Positions 9,943-18,524 of a stretch of 64,000 nt of DNA are shown piece after piece. Both the position numbers and the translations under genes were made by a program. The notes under the pieces are model-generated. The model searched no databases. It was not told where the DNA came from and worked only from the letters and a program-made list of their open reading frames with translations. The DNA is taken from the NCBI GenBank assembly GCA_046290225.1, contig JBKAGE010000003.1, positions 33,244-97,243 on the forward strand, given 5' to 3'. Numbering within the stretch: position 1 is the first letter of the stretch; each line of letters starts with the position of its first letter. The DNA comes from Bradymonadia bacterium. GTDB taxonomy: Bacteria; Myxococcota_A; Bradymonadia; UBA7976; UBA1532.

Positions 9943-10736
9943 CACTGAGGGCACCAGAAGGTGGAGCGTCCACCCTGGGTCATACGGAGCAGAGTCGAAG
10001 TACACCGCCGGCATTGCTCCCCTTCACGTCCGTAAACAGCGAAAGGGTTCTCTGCGCCTTCGTGTATGTAGGTGACCTCAGGGCTCATATCACGTTCGAG
10101 TGTGGCGGACATACACTCTGCGACATGATTCGAAAGCTGATCACAATCCTCGATCGAGAGAGCGCTGGCCCGCTTGCTCGGGTGGATGCCTGCATACCAG
10201 AGCCCCTCACAGGCGTAGATATTGCCAATGCCTGCGATGAGGTGTTGGTCGAGCAATGCAACCTTCACCGCCCTGCGAGTTTTTTGAAGCGCGGAGTAGA
10301 GCACACCTGACTGGTGGCCACTCTCCAAGGCGTCAGGGCCCAGCGCATCCACCGCAGTCTCGAGGCCTCTGGCATCCACGACAGAGAAACGCCCGATGCG
10401 CCGCGGATCGGCGAACAAGACCTCAGTACCGTCATCCAAAGTGAGGGCGACACGCCATCCCTTGCGACGCGGCTCCCCGGCCTTCGATTGCACGTACTTT
10501 CCCGTCATCCCCAAGTGGGTGAGGACGACACGGCCGTCGTCGAGGGGCAGCCACATCTGCTTGCCCCGGCGGCATACGTCATCCACTGTGCGACCCGAGA
10601 GCGCTGCTCGCACCTCCGCCGCCGCGATCCCTCTCAGAGGAATACCATCCAAGGCATCGACGGCCTTGATACGACGGCCCACGAGCCAGCGCCTCAGGTT
10701 ACGGGCACAGATCTCGACTTCCGGCAGCTCGGGCAT
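9927..10736 (-). CDS. mutM: Formamidopyrimidine-DNA glycosylase / AP lyase
   Basis: Starts MPELPEVE. Contains RRGK, HLGMTG, DPRRIG, AGIGNIYACE and the C-terminal zinc finger CRRC...FWCPQCQ. Confidence 0.97.
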   Translation of the reverse strand: MPELPEVEICARNLRRWLVGRRIKAVDALDGIPLRGIAAAEVRAALSGRTVDDVCRRGKQMWLPLDDGRVVLTHLGMTGKYVQSKAGEPRRKGWRVALTLDDGTEVLFADPRRIGRFSVVDARGLETAVDALGPDALESGHQSGVLYSALQKTRRAVKVALLDQHLIAGIGNIYACEGLWYAGIHPSKRASALSIEDCDQLSNHVAECMSATLERDMSPEVTYIHEGAENPFAVYGREGEQCRRCTSTLLRMTQGGRSTFWCPQCQPEA

Positions 10737-10743
10737 CGGGAGG

Positions 10744-12087
10744 CTATTCTTCGTCTGGCGAGGAGCGACGCTCACGTTGGCGGAAGATCAACCGGATCGG
10801 CGTACCGTGTACCGGAAAGCTCTCTCGGAACTGGTTGATCAAAAAGCGCTGGTAGCTGAAGTGCACGCCGGTGGGATCATTGCACTGCACCACAACCGTA
10901 GGGGGCGCGTTCCGCGCCTGAGTCGCGTAGTAGAGCTTGATCTGGCGGTTCTTCACCACTGGAGGGCTATGCTTATGGACAGCCTTCTCGAGCCAGCGGT
11001 TCAGCTGGCCCGTGGTCACCCGGAACAGGTGTGCCTCGCGGGCTTTGTCCACCATGGCCATCAGCTTGTGCACGCGCTGACCAGTGAGGCTCGACATGAA
11101 GAGGTGGTCTGCGTAGTTGATGAAGGGCAGGCGACGCTCAATCTCGTCGATGAACGTGTAGATCGTCTTGTCGTCCTTCTCGATGGCGTCCCACTTGTTC
11201 ACCGCGAGGATGAGGGCGCGCCCCTTCTCGTGCACGTACCCCAGGATCCGAGCATCCTGCTCAGTGACCCCTTCAGTGGCGTCGAGCAGATGAACGGCCA
11301 CGTGACACCGATCGATGGCCCGGAGGGTCCGCATGACGCTGAAGCCCTCGATGCTGCCCTTGGCGATCCCACGCTTGCGGCGAAGCCCTGCAGTGTCGAC
11401 GAGCAAGTAGTCGGTTTCCCCCACAGTGAGTGGCGCGTCGATGGCATCTCGGGTGGTGCCCGGCATGTTGGCGGTGATCATGCGATCTTCGCCCAGCAAG
11501 CGGTTCACCAGAGTGGACTTACCAACGTTCGGGCGACCGACGATGGCCACCCGAGTGACCCGCTCGTCCTCTTCAGCTTCGTCAGGTGCAGGGGGCTCGA
11601 ACTGCTCGATCACGGCGTCGAGCAAATCGCCGATGCCCTGGCCATGCTCCGCAGAGATGGGCACCAGGAACTCGGCGCCGAGCTCATAGAACTCCATGGC
11701 CTGGTCGCGGTACTTGCTGTTCTCCGTCTTGTTCACCGCGTAGACCACTCGCTCGTGGTGACACCTGAGAATGTGCGCGACTTCGCGATCCGCGGGCACC
11801 AGCCCTGACTGGGCATCGACCGTGAAGACCACGACGTCTGCCTGCTCCACAGCAGCCATGGCCTGATGGCGCATCATGGCCAGCACGCCTTCTTCAGCCT
11901 TGGGCTCGAAGCCCCCCGTGTCCACGACGGTGAAGTGGCGGCCAAGCCACTCGCAGTCACCGTAATTGCGATCTCGGGTCACGCCAGGGGTGTCGAGGAC
12001 GATGGCTCGGCGCTCACCGATGAGACGATTGAACAAAGTCGACTTGCCCACATTGGGGCGGCCGACGATGGCGACGATGGGTTTCAT
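10744..12087 (-). CDS. der: Ribosome biogenesis GTPase Der (EngA)
   Basis: Two G-domains (GRPNVGKSTL twice, DTGG/DTAG, NKTE/NKWD) and a C-terminal KH-like domain. Start MKPIV at 12087. Confidence 0.97.
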   Translation of the reverse strand: MKPIVAIVGRPNVGKSTLFNRLIGERRAIVLDTPGVTRDRNYGDCEWLGRHFTVVDTGGFEPKAEEGVLAMMRHQAMAAVEQADVVVFTVDAQSGLVPADREVAHILRCHHERVVYAVNKTENSKYRDQAMEFYELGAEFLVPISAEHGQGIGDLLDAVIEQFEPPAPDEAEEDERVTRVAIVGRPNVGKSTLVNRLLGEDRMITANMPGTTRDAIDAPLTVGETDYLLVDTAGLRRKRGIAKGSIEGFSVMRTLRAIDRCHVAVHLLDATEGVTEQDARILGYVHEKGRALILAVNKWDAIEKDDKTIYTFIDEIERRLPFINYADHLFMSSLTGQRVHKLMAMVDKAREAHLFRVTTGQLNRWLEKAVHKHSPPVVKNRQIKLYYATQARNAPPTVVVQCNDPTGVHFSYQRFLINQFRESFPVHGTPIRLIFRQRERRSSPDEE

Positions 12088-12100
12088 GATCTGCTCCCCC

Positions 12101-13006
12101 TCACTCGTAACCGAGCTTGCGCATGCTTGAGGCATTTCGGGTCCAGCCCTTCTCTACCCGCGCGAAGAGCTTGAGATGCACGCGCGTGCCCAGCAAGCGC
12201 TCGATGTCGCGTCGGGCACGGGTGCCGATCTCTTTGATCATCTGGCCACCACGACCGATCACGATGGACTTCTGCGAGTCGCGCTCCACGTGAATGACCG
12301 CCTGGATCTCGGTGAGATTGTCGTCGCTGCGGTCCTGCCAGGTCTCGATGGTGACGGCCGTGGCGTAGGGCACCTCTCGCTCGAGCAGCTGGAACAGCTT
12401 CTCGCGGACGATCTCGGCGACGATGAAGCGCTCGGGCAGATCGGTGAGGGCGTCCTCCGGGTACAGGGCCGGGCTCTCCGGCATCTGCTGCGCCAGGGAC
12501 TCCACGAGGATCTCCACCCCGTCGCCCTTCAGGGCAGAGATGGGCACGATCTCGGTGAACGGATACGCATCCCTCACCTGATCGATCATGGGCAGGAGCA
12601 GCATCTTGTCGATGCGATCGATCTTGTTGAGCACCAGGAACACTGGCTTGTTCACCTCGGCGAGGCGCTCGAGCACCTTGGCCTCGACTTCACCGATGAG
12701 ACCCTCCTCGGCCACCTTGGCTTTCACCTCGATGAGCAGGGCGATGACGTCGACGTCGGCGATGGAGTTGTGCGCGATGTCCACCATATAGGTGTTGAGT
12801 GCACGCTCGGCGTGGTGGATCCCTGGCGTATCGATGAAGATCATCTGATCCGCCTCGCGGGTGAGCACGCCGGGGATGCGGTTACGGGTGGTCTGAGGAC
12901 GATGGGAGGTGATCGCCACCTTCTCGCCGAGGATCCGATTGAGCAGGGTACTCTTCCCTGCGTTGGGTCGGCCGAGCAGTGTGACAAAGCCGCATTTGAA
13001 CGACAT
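12101..13006 (-). CDS. era: GTPase Era
   Basis: GRPNAGKSTL, PQTTR, DTPG, NKID, EIVREK, EVPY and KH motif VIGRGG. Confidence 0.97.
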   Translation of the reverse strand: MSFKCGFVTLLGRPNAGKSTLLNRILGEKVAITSHRPQTTRNRIPGVLTREADQMIFIDTPGIHHAERALNTYMVDIAHNSIADVDVIALLIEVKAKVAEEGLIGEVEAKVLERLAEVNKPVFLVLNKIDRIDKMLLLPMIDQVRDAYPFTEIVPISALKGDGVEILVESLAQQMPESPALYPEDALTDLPERFIVAEIVREKLFQLLEREVPYATAVTIETWQDRSDDNLTEIQAVIHVERDSQKSIVIGRGGQMIKEIGTRARRDIERLLGTRVHLKLFARVEKGWTRNASSMRKLGYE

Positions 13007-13102
13007 GAGGGGGCTCCTCTGAGCACGTGGGCGGGGGACTATACACCAAGTTGAGATTGCATCCTCCCCCCCTCATGTGAATTGGGGTATGTTCTCCTCC
13101 AG

Positions 13103-14995
13103 ATGAGCACCACCCGACACCCACCTGCAGACGACGACACCGCGACAATCTCTGTGGCGGAGCACCGCGCCGAGGCGCCCCCAGAAGCCTGGGTCGGCCC
13201 CAGCGAGAGGCCCGCGGAGCGTGTGGCCGAGCTCGAAGGCGCCGTGCAGGCCCACGAGCGACGCCTCGAAGGTCTGGTCACCATCGCCAGTAATCTCGGC
13301 GTCAGCCGGGATCCGGCCCGGGCGATGCGGGCCATCGTGGCGAAGATCTCCGAGTTGCTCGAAGCGGATCGCACGACGATCTACGAGTTGAGGCCTGAAG
13401 AAAACATGCTGTGGGGCCTCGCTGTTCAGGGCGAGATGTCCACTCAGGTGGGCGTGCCCGTGGGTCAGGGGGTCGCGGGGCTCGTCGCCGCTCGGGGTCG
13501 GCCCATCAACCTCAAGGATGCGTATCTGCATCCAGCCTTCGATCCGAAGTTCGACAAGCTCACCGGCTATCGCACCCGATCGATGTTGTGCGTACCCATG
13601 CGCAACTCCCGAAAGCAGGTCATCGGGGTGGTGCAGGTCCTCAACAAGCAACAGGGCTACTTCACCGTCGAAGACGAGCGGCTGCTCATGGCCCTCGCCA
13701 ACCAGGCAGCCATCACCCTCGAAGCGCTGCGGCTTCAGGTGAGGCTCAATATGAGCAACGCCGAGCTGAAGAGCCTCTCGGAAGATCTGCAACAACGTGT
13801 AAGAGAGCAGGACCTGCTGCTCGACGTAGAACGGGCCTACCGTGGCACTGAAGACCCGGAAGTCTTCGCACGGCAGATCCTCGCGCAGCTTGCGGTGGTG
13901 GCTCGCGCTCAGGCGGCGGCGATGTTCGTCCCTGAGGAGAACGGCTTTGGCCCCGTCTACATCGCCGAGGGTGGGCAGTTCAGCATCCTGCCTCGCGTAG
14001 AAATCGGTGAGGGCGTGCTCGGTAAGACCGCCAGTCGAGGCAAGCGGTTGATCCTGGGTGTGGCAGAGTCATCCCCCGAGGACGACATTCCCCTCACCCT
14101 CGGCGAGGGCTGCCCGCTCGAGCTTCGGGATGTGATGACTGCCCCCCTCAGTCACGCTGAGCGCATCCTCGGCTCGGTGGCTCTGATCAATCGTCAGAAG
14201 GCACACCGCCGTGATCTCGCTGCGGATCAACAACTGATGATGCTCGTGGGATCCGCCCTATCCCAGGGGGTGGCCGACATGGTGACCCGGCGAGAAGCAA
14301 AGACGCGCGATCGGCTGATGACCATCGGCCAGATGCTCGGAGGCGTGCTCCACGATCTCAAGGGCCCCATGGCCGTGATCAGCGGCTACACCCAGTTCAT
14401 GGCCGATCAGGAAGATCCCGAGACGCGTCATGAGATGGCCGACACCATTCGTCGCCAGATCGCCCAGTTCAACGATATGACCCGAGAGGTCATGGCCTTT
14501 GTGCGAGGAGAGCGCACAGTCTTCGCCCGCCCGGTGGACATTCGCCGGTTCCTCAAGCGGGTGCGGGAGTCTCTTGAGCCCGAGTTCACGGGCCGAGGTG
14601 TCGATCTCGAGATCGATGATCAATCATCGGTGAGTGGCTGGTTCGACGAGCCCAAGATCATGCGGGTGATCACCAACATCGCCCGAAACGCCCGGCAGGC
14701 CATGGGCAGCGATGGCACGTTCACCCTCTCGGTGGCCGACGCTGACGACGGCGGCTTGAGGTTCGCCCTGAGCGACAATGGCCCAGGTATCCCCGAGCAT
14801 TTGCGAGATCGTCTGTTCGAGCTGTTCACGACATCGGGTAAAAAAGGCGGGACAGGTCTGGGCCTCGCCATCGTCAAGCGGATCACCGAAGATCACGGCG
14901 GTACAGTGAACTTCACCACCGAGACCGGCCGGGGCACCACCTTCGAGGTGTATTTGCCCCCTCAGGGCACAGATGCAGAGCAGACCGAGACTTGA
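13103..14995 (+). CDS. Cytoplasmic tandem-GAF sensor histidine kinase
   Basis: Two GAF domains (first with VLNKQQGYFTVEDE), H-box VLHDLKGPM, N-box NIARNA, G1 DNGPGI and G2 GGTGLGL. No TM helix. Confidence 0.92.
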   Translation: MSTTRHPPADDDTATISVAEHRAEAPPEAWVGPSERPAERVAELEGAVQAHERRLEGLVTIASNLGVSRDPARAMRAIVAKISELLEADRTTIYELRPEENMLWGLAVQGEMSTQVGVPVGQGVAGLVAARGRPINLKDAYLHPAFDPKFDKLTGYRTRSMLCVPMRNSRKQVIGVVQVLNKQQGYFTVEDERLLMALANQAAITLEALRLQVRLNMSNAELKSLSEDLQQRVREQDLLLDVERAYRGTEDPEVFARQILAQLAVVARAQAAAMFVPEENGFGPVYIAEGGQFSILPRVEIGEGVLGKTASRGKRLILGVAESSPEDDIPLTLGEGCPLELRDVMTAPLSHAERILGSVALINRQKAHRRDLAADQQLMMLVGSALSQGVADMVTRREAKTRDRLMTIGQMLGGVLHDLKGPMAVISGYTQFMADQEDPETRHEMADTIRRQIAQFNDMTREVMAFVRGERTVFARPVDIRRFLKRVRESLEPEFTGRGVDLEIDDQSSVSGWFDEPKIMRVITNIARNARQAMGSDGTFTLSVADADDGGLRFALSDNGPGIPEHLRDRLFELFTTSGKKGGTGLGLAIVKRITEDHGGTVNFTTETGRGTTFEVYLPPQGTDAEQTET

Positions 14996-15941
14996 TCGCC
15001 AACTTCTCTTGAGAGCGCTGTCCCTGGCATGCCTCAGTGCTGCTGCGCTCATGGCCTGTGGCGAAGAGCCTGCCCGACAACGCTCAGCCACGACTCAGGA
15101 GGACGCCGCAGCACCTGCTTCAGGGCCAGATGCACAGGTCAAGGCCCCTGCCCTGTCTTCGCCCCCTTTGGATGGTGTGCCGCCTCCTGTGGAGGTGAAG
15201 CCGCCCGTCTTGAGCCCCGAAGCCCAGCTCGAAGCGCTTAAAAAAGCGAAGTCAGAGCTCAACGAGGGCCGCACCCGAGCGGCATATCGTATCTTCAAGT
15301 CTGCGATGAATGGCCCCGATCTGGGCATCAAGCTCTCCGCCGGCCTTGCCGCCGCAGAGCTCGCCGAGCTCGAAGGTGAAGTCAAAGAGGCTCAAGCCCT
15401 GTACGAGCGCTTGATCAACCTCGGCTCGGAGGTGGCCGAGGTCCATCTGCTCGCCGGCCGCTTCTTTCATCGGACTGGAGACTCCGCACGAGGGATCGAC
15501 GCTTTGAGAGCCGCCACCAACCTGCAGCCCGATTTGTTGCCTGCCTGGCTATCGCTGGGCCAGGTGCTCATCGAGCGTGGTCGCCACGATGAAGGCGCCA
15601 CAGCGCTGGTGCAGTACGAACGCCGCCTGAATGCTCTGAGTCGACAGCTCGAAGATGAGCAGGTGCCCCTCGGTGATCGGCTGGCCATCGTACAGCTCCT
15701 GGGCACGCTCAATGACGAGCGCTCCACCGCACTGCTCATCAAACTGCTCAAGCATCACGGGCCGCTGATCCGCGCCTCCGCCGGTGAGGCTCTGGCTCAG
15801 GATGATGATCCCGAGGCGTTGGTGGCCCTCTCCGAGGCCGCCCTGCAAGAGCGAGATCCCGAGGTCAAGCGGGCCCTCACCGGAGCAATGCTTCAGGCCC
15901 GTGAAGCGGTGCGTCGCTCACTCAAGCCTGAAGCCCCCTGA
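14973..15941 (+). CDS. TPR/HEAT-repeat lipoprotein
   Basis: Lipobox ALMAC, Pro-rich linker, TPRs, then PBS-lyase HEAT-like repeats (LIRASAGEALA, ERDPEVKRA). Confidence 0.75.
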   Translation: MQSRPRLDRQLLLRALSLACLSAAALMACGEEPARQRSATTQEDAAAPASGPDAQVKAPALSSPPLDGVPPPVEVKPPVLSPEAQLEALKKAKSELNEGRTRAAYRIFKSAMNGPDLGIKLSAGLAAAELAELEGEVKEAQALYERLINLGSEVAEVHLLAGRFFHRTGDSARGIDALRAATNLQPDLLPAWLSLGQVLIERGRHDEGATALVQYERRLNALSRQLEDEQVPLGDRLAIVQLLGTLNDERSTALLIKLLKHHGPLIRASAGEALAQDDDPEALVALSEAALQERDPEVKRALTGAMLQAREAVRRSLKPEAP

Positions 15942-15973
15942 CAACATCTTTGACCTGGTAACCCAAAGGAGCG

Positions 15974-18457
15974 GTGAGCACCGTGTCTGACCTACGCATC
16001 GATCTCGACCTTGAAGGCGCCGATCTCATTCGCATTCGCTGCGACGCACGAGGGCTCACTGGTACCTCCGAGGCGCCTTGGGCCGGTGACGAGAGCCTCG
16101 CGGAGCTCGAGGCTCAAGTCCGCCTGCGCGAGGCCGCCATGGGTGCTTCGCGGGAGATGTCCGCTCTGCTCGGGCGCTTGCTCTTCGGCGGTGAGGCTGG
16201 GGCGATCCTTCGAGAGGCGCTGGCCACCGATCCAGAGTCGGCCATCACCCTCACGGGATCAGAGCGACTGCTCACTCTGCCCTGGGAGCTGGCCCGGGAT
16301 CCAGAGACCGGACACCTGCCCACCCTCGATGGCGCCACCTTTGTCCGGGTCATCGGCAGCGCGCCCAGCCTCGACGGCGCGCCCCGTCGCGGGATCCTCA
16401 CGATCCCAGCGGCCACGGGTGCTGGTCGGCTCGACGCCCTCACCGCCGTGACCCGCTCGTTGGCCCGGAAAGCAGAGGTCGACGTGTTTCCCTCTGAGCC
16501 GGTCACTGGCCTGGGCCTGCGGCGGGCGCTGTCGACGGGGGCACTCTTCATCCACTACGCCGGCCTCGCCGCCAACGGTGCGCTGCTGTTGGACGATGGC
16601 AAGGTGCCTCTGGAGCGTACGGGTCTCAACGAGCGGTGTTGGATGGCCGTCATCGCCGGTACCCGCCCCGCTGAAGGCGCCGGCCCGGCTCTCCGTGCAT
16701 TGGGTACCCCCCTCGTGGTTCAGTTCCAGCGTGAGCTCGCGCCCAAGGAGATCGGGGCCTTCAACCAGGCCTTTTACAAGGCGCTGGCCACAGGGTGCTC
16801 GGTGGCCACGGCGCTCCAAGCTGGCCGCGCCCGCCTCGTGAAGGCTTCCGGTGCAGAGTCTTTTGCTTGGATGGCGCCCATCGTCTGGTCGGCCCCAGGT
16901 CTCGGCCAGGGTGACTCCACAGCACTTGAGGCCTTCCCCCCGCCCTCCCGGGTGGTGGCGGCGCCAGAGCCCCTGGCTCCGGAAGCCACCCGCCCCGCGA
17001 TGGTATCGGCGCCGGTTCAATCAGAGGAAGCCGGGTTGCGATCGGGGCTCGATCCTGTGGGCTACCCCTTCCCTGCACCCAACTTCATCCACGACACCCT
17101 GCGCCGTATCCAGGACGCTCACACCCATGGTGGTGGCACCAGCGCCGATCTCGAAGCCCGAGTGACTGCGATGCGCGCTCTGGGCACTGGCGCCACGGCA
17201 GCACCAGAGGGCATCCACCTCTCACCCGCTGAGCGTACGGCTCAGTTGGCGGATCATCTCGTCGACGCCATCACCCACAGCGACGAGCCCCTCGCAGCCC
17301 CCTTCGACTTGAAGGCTCGGGTGGTGAAGCTCGCCGAGCAGCTCGGCGTGGACGAAGATGCCCTGCTCGCTGCGAGCAGAGCGTTGCTCAGTCACCGTGC
17401 AATCAATCTCACAGGGCTCTCGAGCAGGCGCCGCCGTCAGGTGGCTGAGGGTCTCACCGCCCTGATCTACGACCGACACCCGGTCATGGGTCACAGCGGC
17501 CAGCCACATGTCCACATCGAGGCCGGTGAGATCCCTCGAATCTCGGGGTGGGCCTGGCAGGCAGTCAGCCTGAATTGGCGACGAGACGAGCTGGATCCGC
17601 TCCAGCCTGGTCAACGGGCACCTCAGTCGAGGGTACCTGTGGTCGTACAATCAGGCGGAGAGCATACACACTATGCGGTCCGCCAGGGCGCGTGGGTCAT
17701 CGTCACTGGCTCGACGTTCCGAGTCCAGGATCAGGCAGGCCTCGCCTCAGCCTTCTCCCAAAGCGTGTTGAGCCATGCAGAGGCGGGGCACCAGCTGTGG
17801 CTGCCCCTCAGCGCCGACTTCCGCCTCATCTTCACGGATCTCGGCAGGGCCGACTTCGAGGGCGTGCCGACCTTCGAACTCACCGCGCACAGCAAGGTGG
17901 CTCTAGAAGCCAGGGCCTGGCTCGCTGACATCGTGGCCACCACAGGGCATGGCGCACCAGAAGAGCACCAGGAAGCCTGCCTCGAACACACGACTCTGGC
18001 CATCCACCGTCTGCGGCTGCTCGCCGAGATCCCGGGTGATCTCGGCCGGACGGTGCTTTCGGAAGCGCTGTGGTCCGATGAGCCACCTGTTCGAGCGGTC
18101 GATCAAGCTCTGGCCCGGGCAGTCACCGCTCTATCGCCAGGCACCCCAGCATCAGAGCTGGTACGCGATGTCTTCGCCGGGCGTTTCGAGTCGATCGTGA
18201 AGCTGTGTGATCGGCTGCTCGCCAACCAGGGCAACAGCCCCGAGGAGGCCTGGTCTCTCTGGTTCCGCCTGGGCACCTTCATCTCCACGGCCCCTGGGGC
18301 AGACGATACGATCCCCAACGCCGAAGCACTCAAGGCCATATGGTGGGCGCTCACCCCCACCCCAAGGGAGATCCTCCAGGGCTGGATGCCTCAGCTGAAG
18401 CAACAGAAGGCCCTGGAGCTGCCCCTCACAGCCATGGCACTCACCGGTCTGAAGTAG
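15974..18457 (+). CDS. CHAT-domain protein (degenerate) fused to a degenerate McrB/AAA-like domain
   Basis: LLTLPWELARDP, FIHYAG, FYKALATGCSVATALQAGR and WMAPIVW are CHAT hallmarks. The C-terminal half loosely follows the McrB-type AAA layout. Confidence 0.7.
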   Translation: MSTVSDLRIDLDLEGADLIRIRCDARGLTGTSEAPWAGDESLAELEAQVRLREAAMGASREMSALLGRLLFGGEAGAILREALATDPESAITLTGSERLLTLPWELARDPETGHLPTLDGATFVRVIGSAPSLDGAPRRGILTIPAATGAGRLDALTAVTRSLARKAEVDVFPSEPVTGLGLRRALSTGALFIHYAGLAANGALLLDDGKVPLERTGLNERCWMAVIAGTRPAEGAGPALRALGTPLVVQFQRELAPKEIGAFNQAFYKALATGCSVATALQAGRARLVKASGAESFAWMAPIVWSAPGLGQGDSTALEAFPPPSRVVAAPEPLAPEATRPAMVSAPVQSEEAGLRSGLDPVGYPFPAPNFIHDTLRRIQDAHTHGGGTSADLEARVTAMRALGTGATAAPEGIHLSPAERTAQLADHLVDAITHSDEPLAAPFDLKARVVKLAEQLGVDEDALLAASRALLSHRAINLTGLSSRRRRQVAEGLTALIYDRHPVMGHSGQPHVHIEAGEIPRISGWAWQAVSLNWRRDELDPLQPGQRAPQSRVPVVVQSGGEHTHYAVRQGAWVIVTGSTFRVQDQAGLASAFSQSVLSHAEAGHQLWLPLSADFRLIFTDLGRADFEGVPTFELTAHSKVALEARAWLADIVATTGHGAPEEHQEACLEHTTLAIHRLRLLAEIPGDLGRTVLSEALWSDEPPVRAVDQALARAVTALSPGTPASELVRDVFAGRFESIVKLCDRLLANQGNSPEEAWSLWFRLGTFISTAPGADDTIPNAEALKAIWWALTPTPREILQGWMPQLKQQKALELPLTAMALTGLK

Positions 18458-18524
18458 TCAGGGTTTATCCCCTCGACTCGCTCATGGCCTCTCGACGGAG
18501 ACTCTCGGCGGAGAGGCTCCATGC

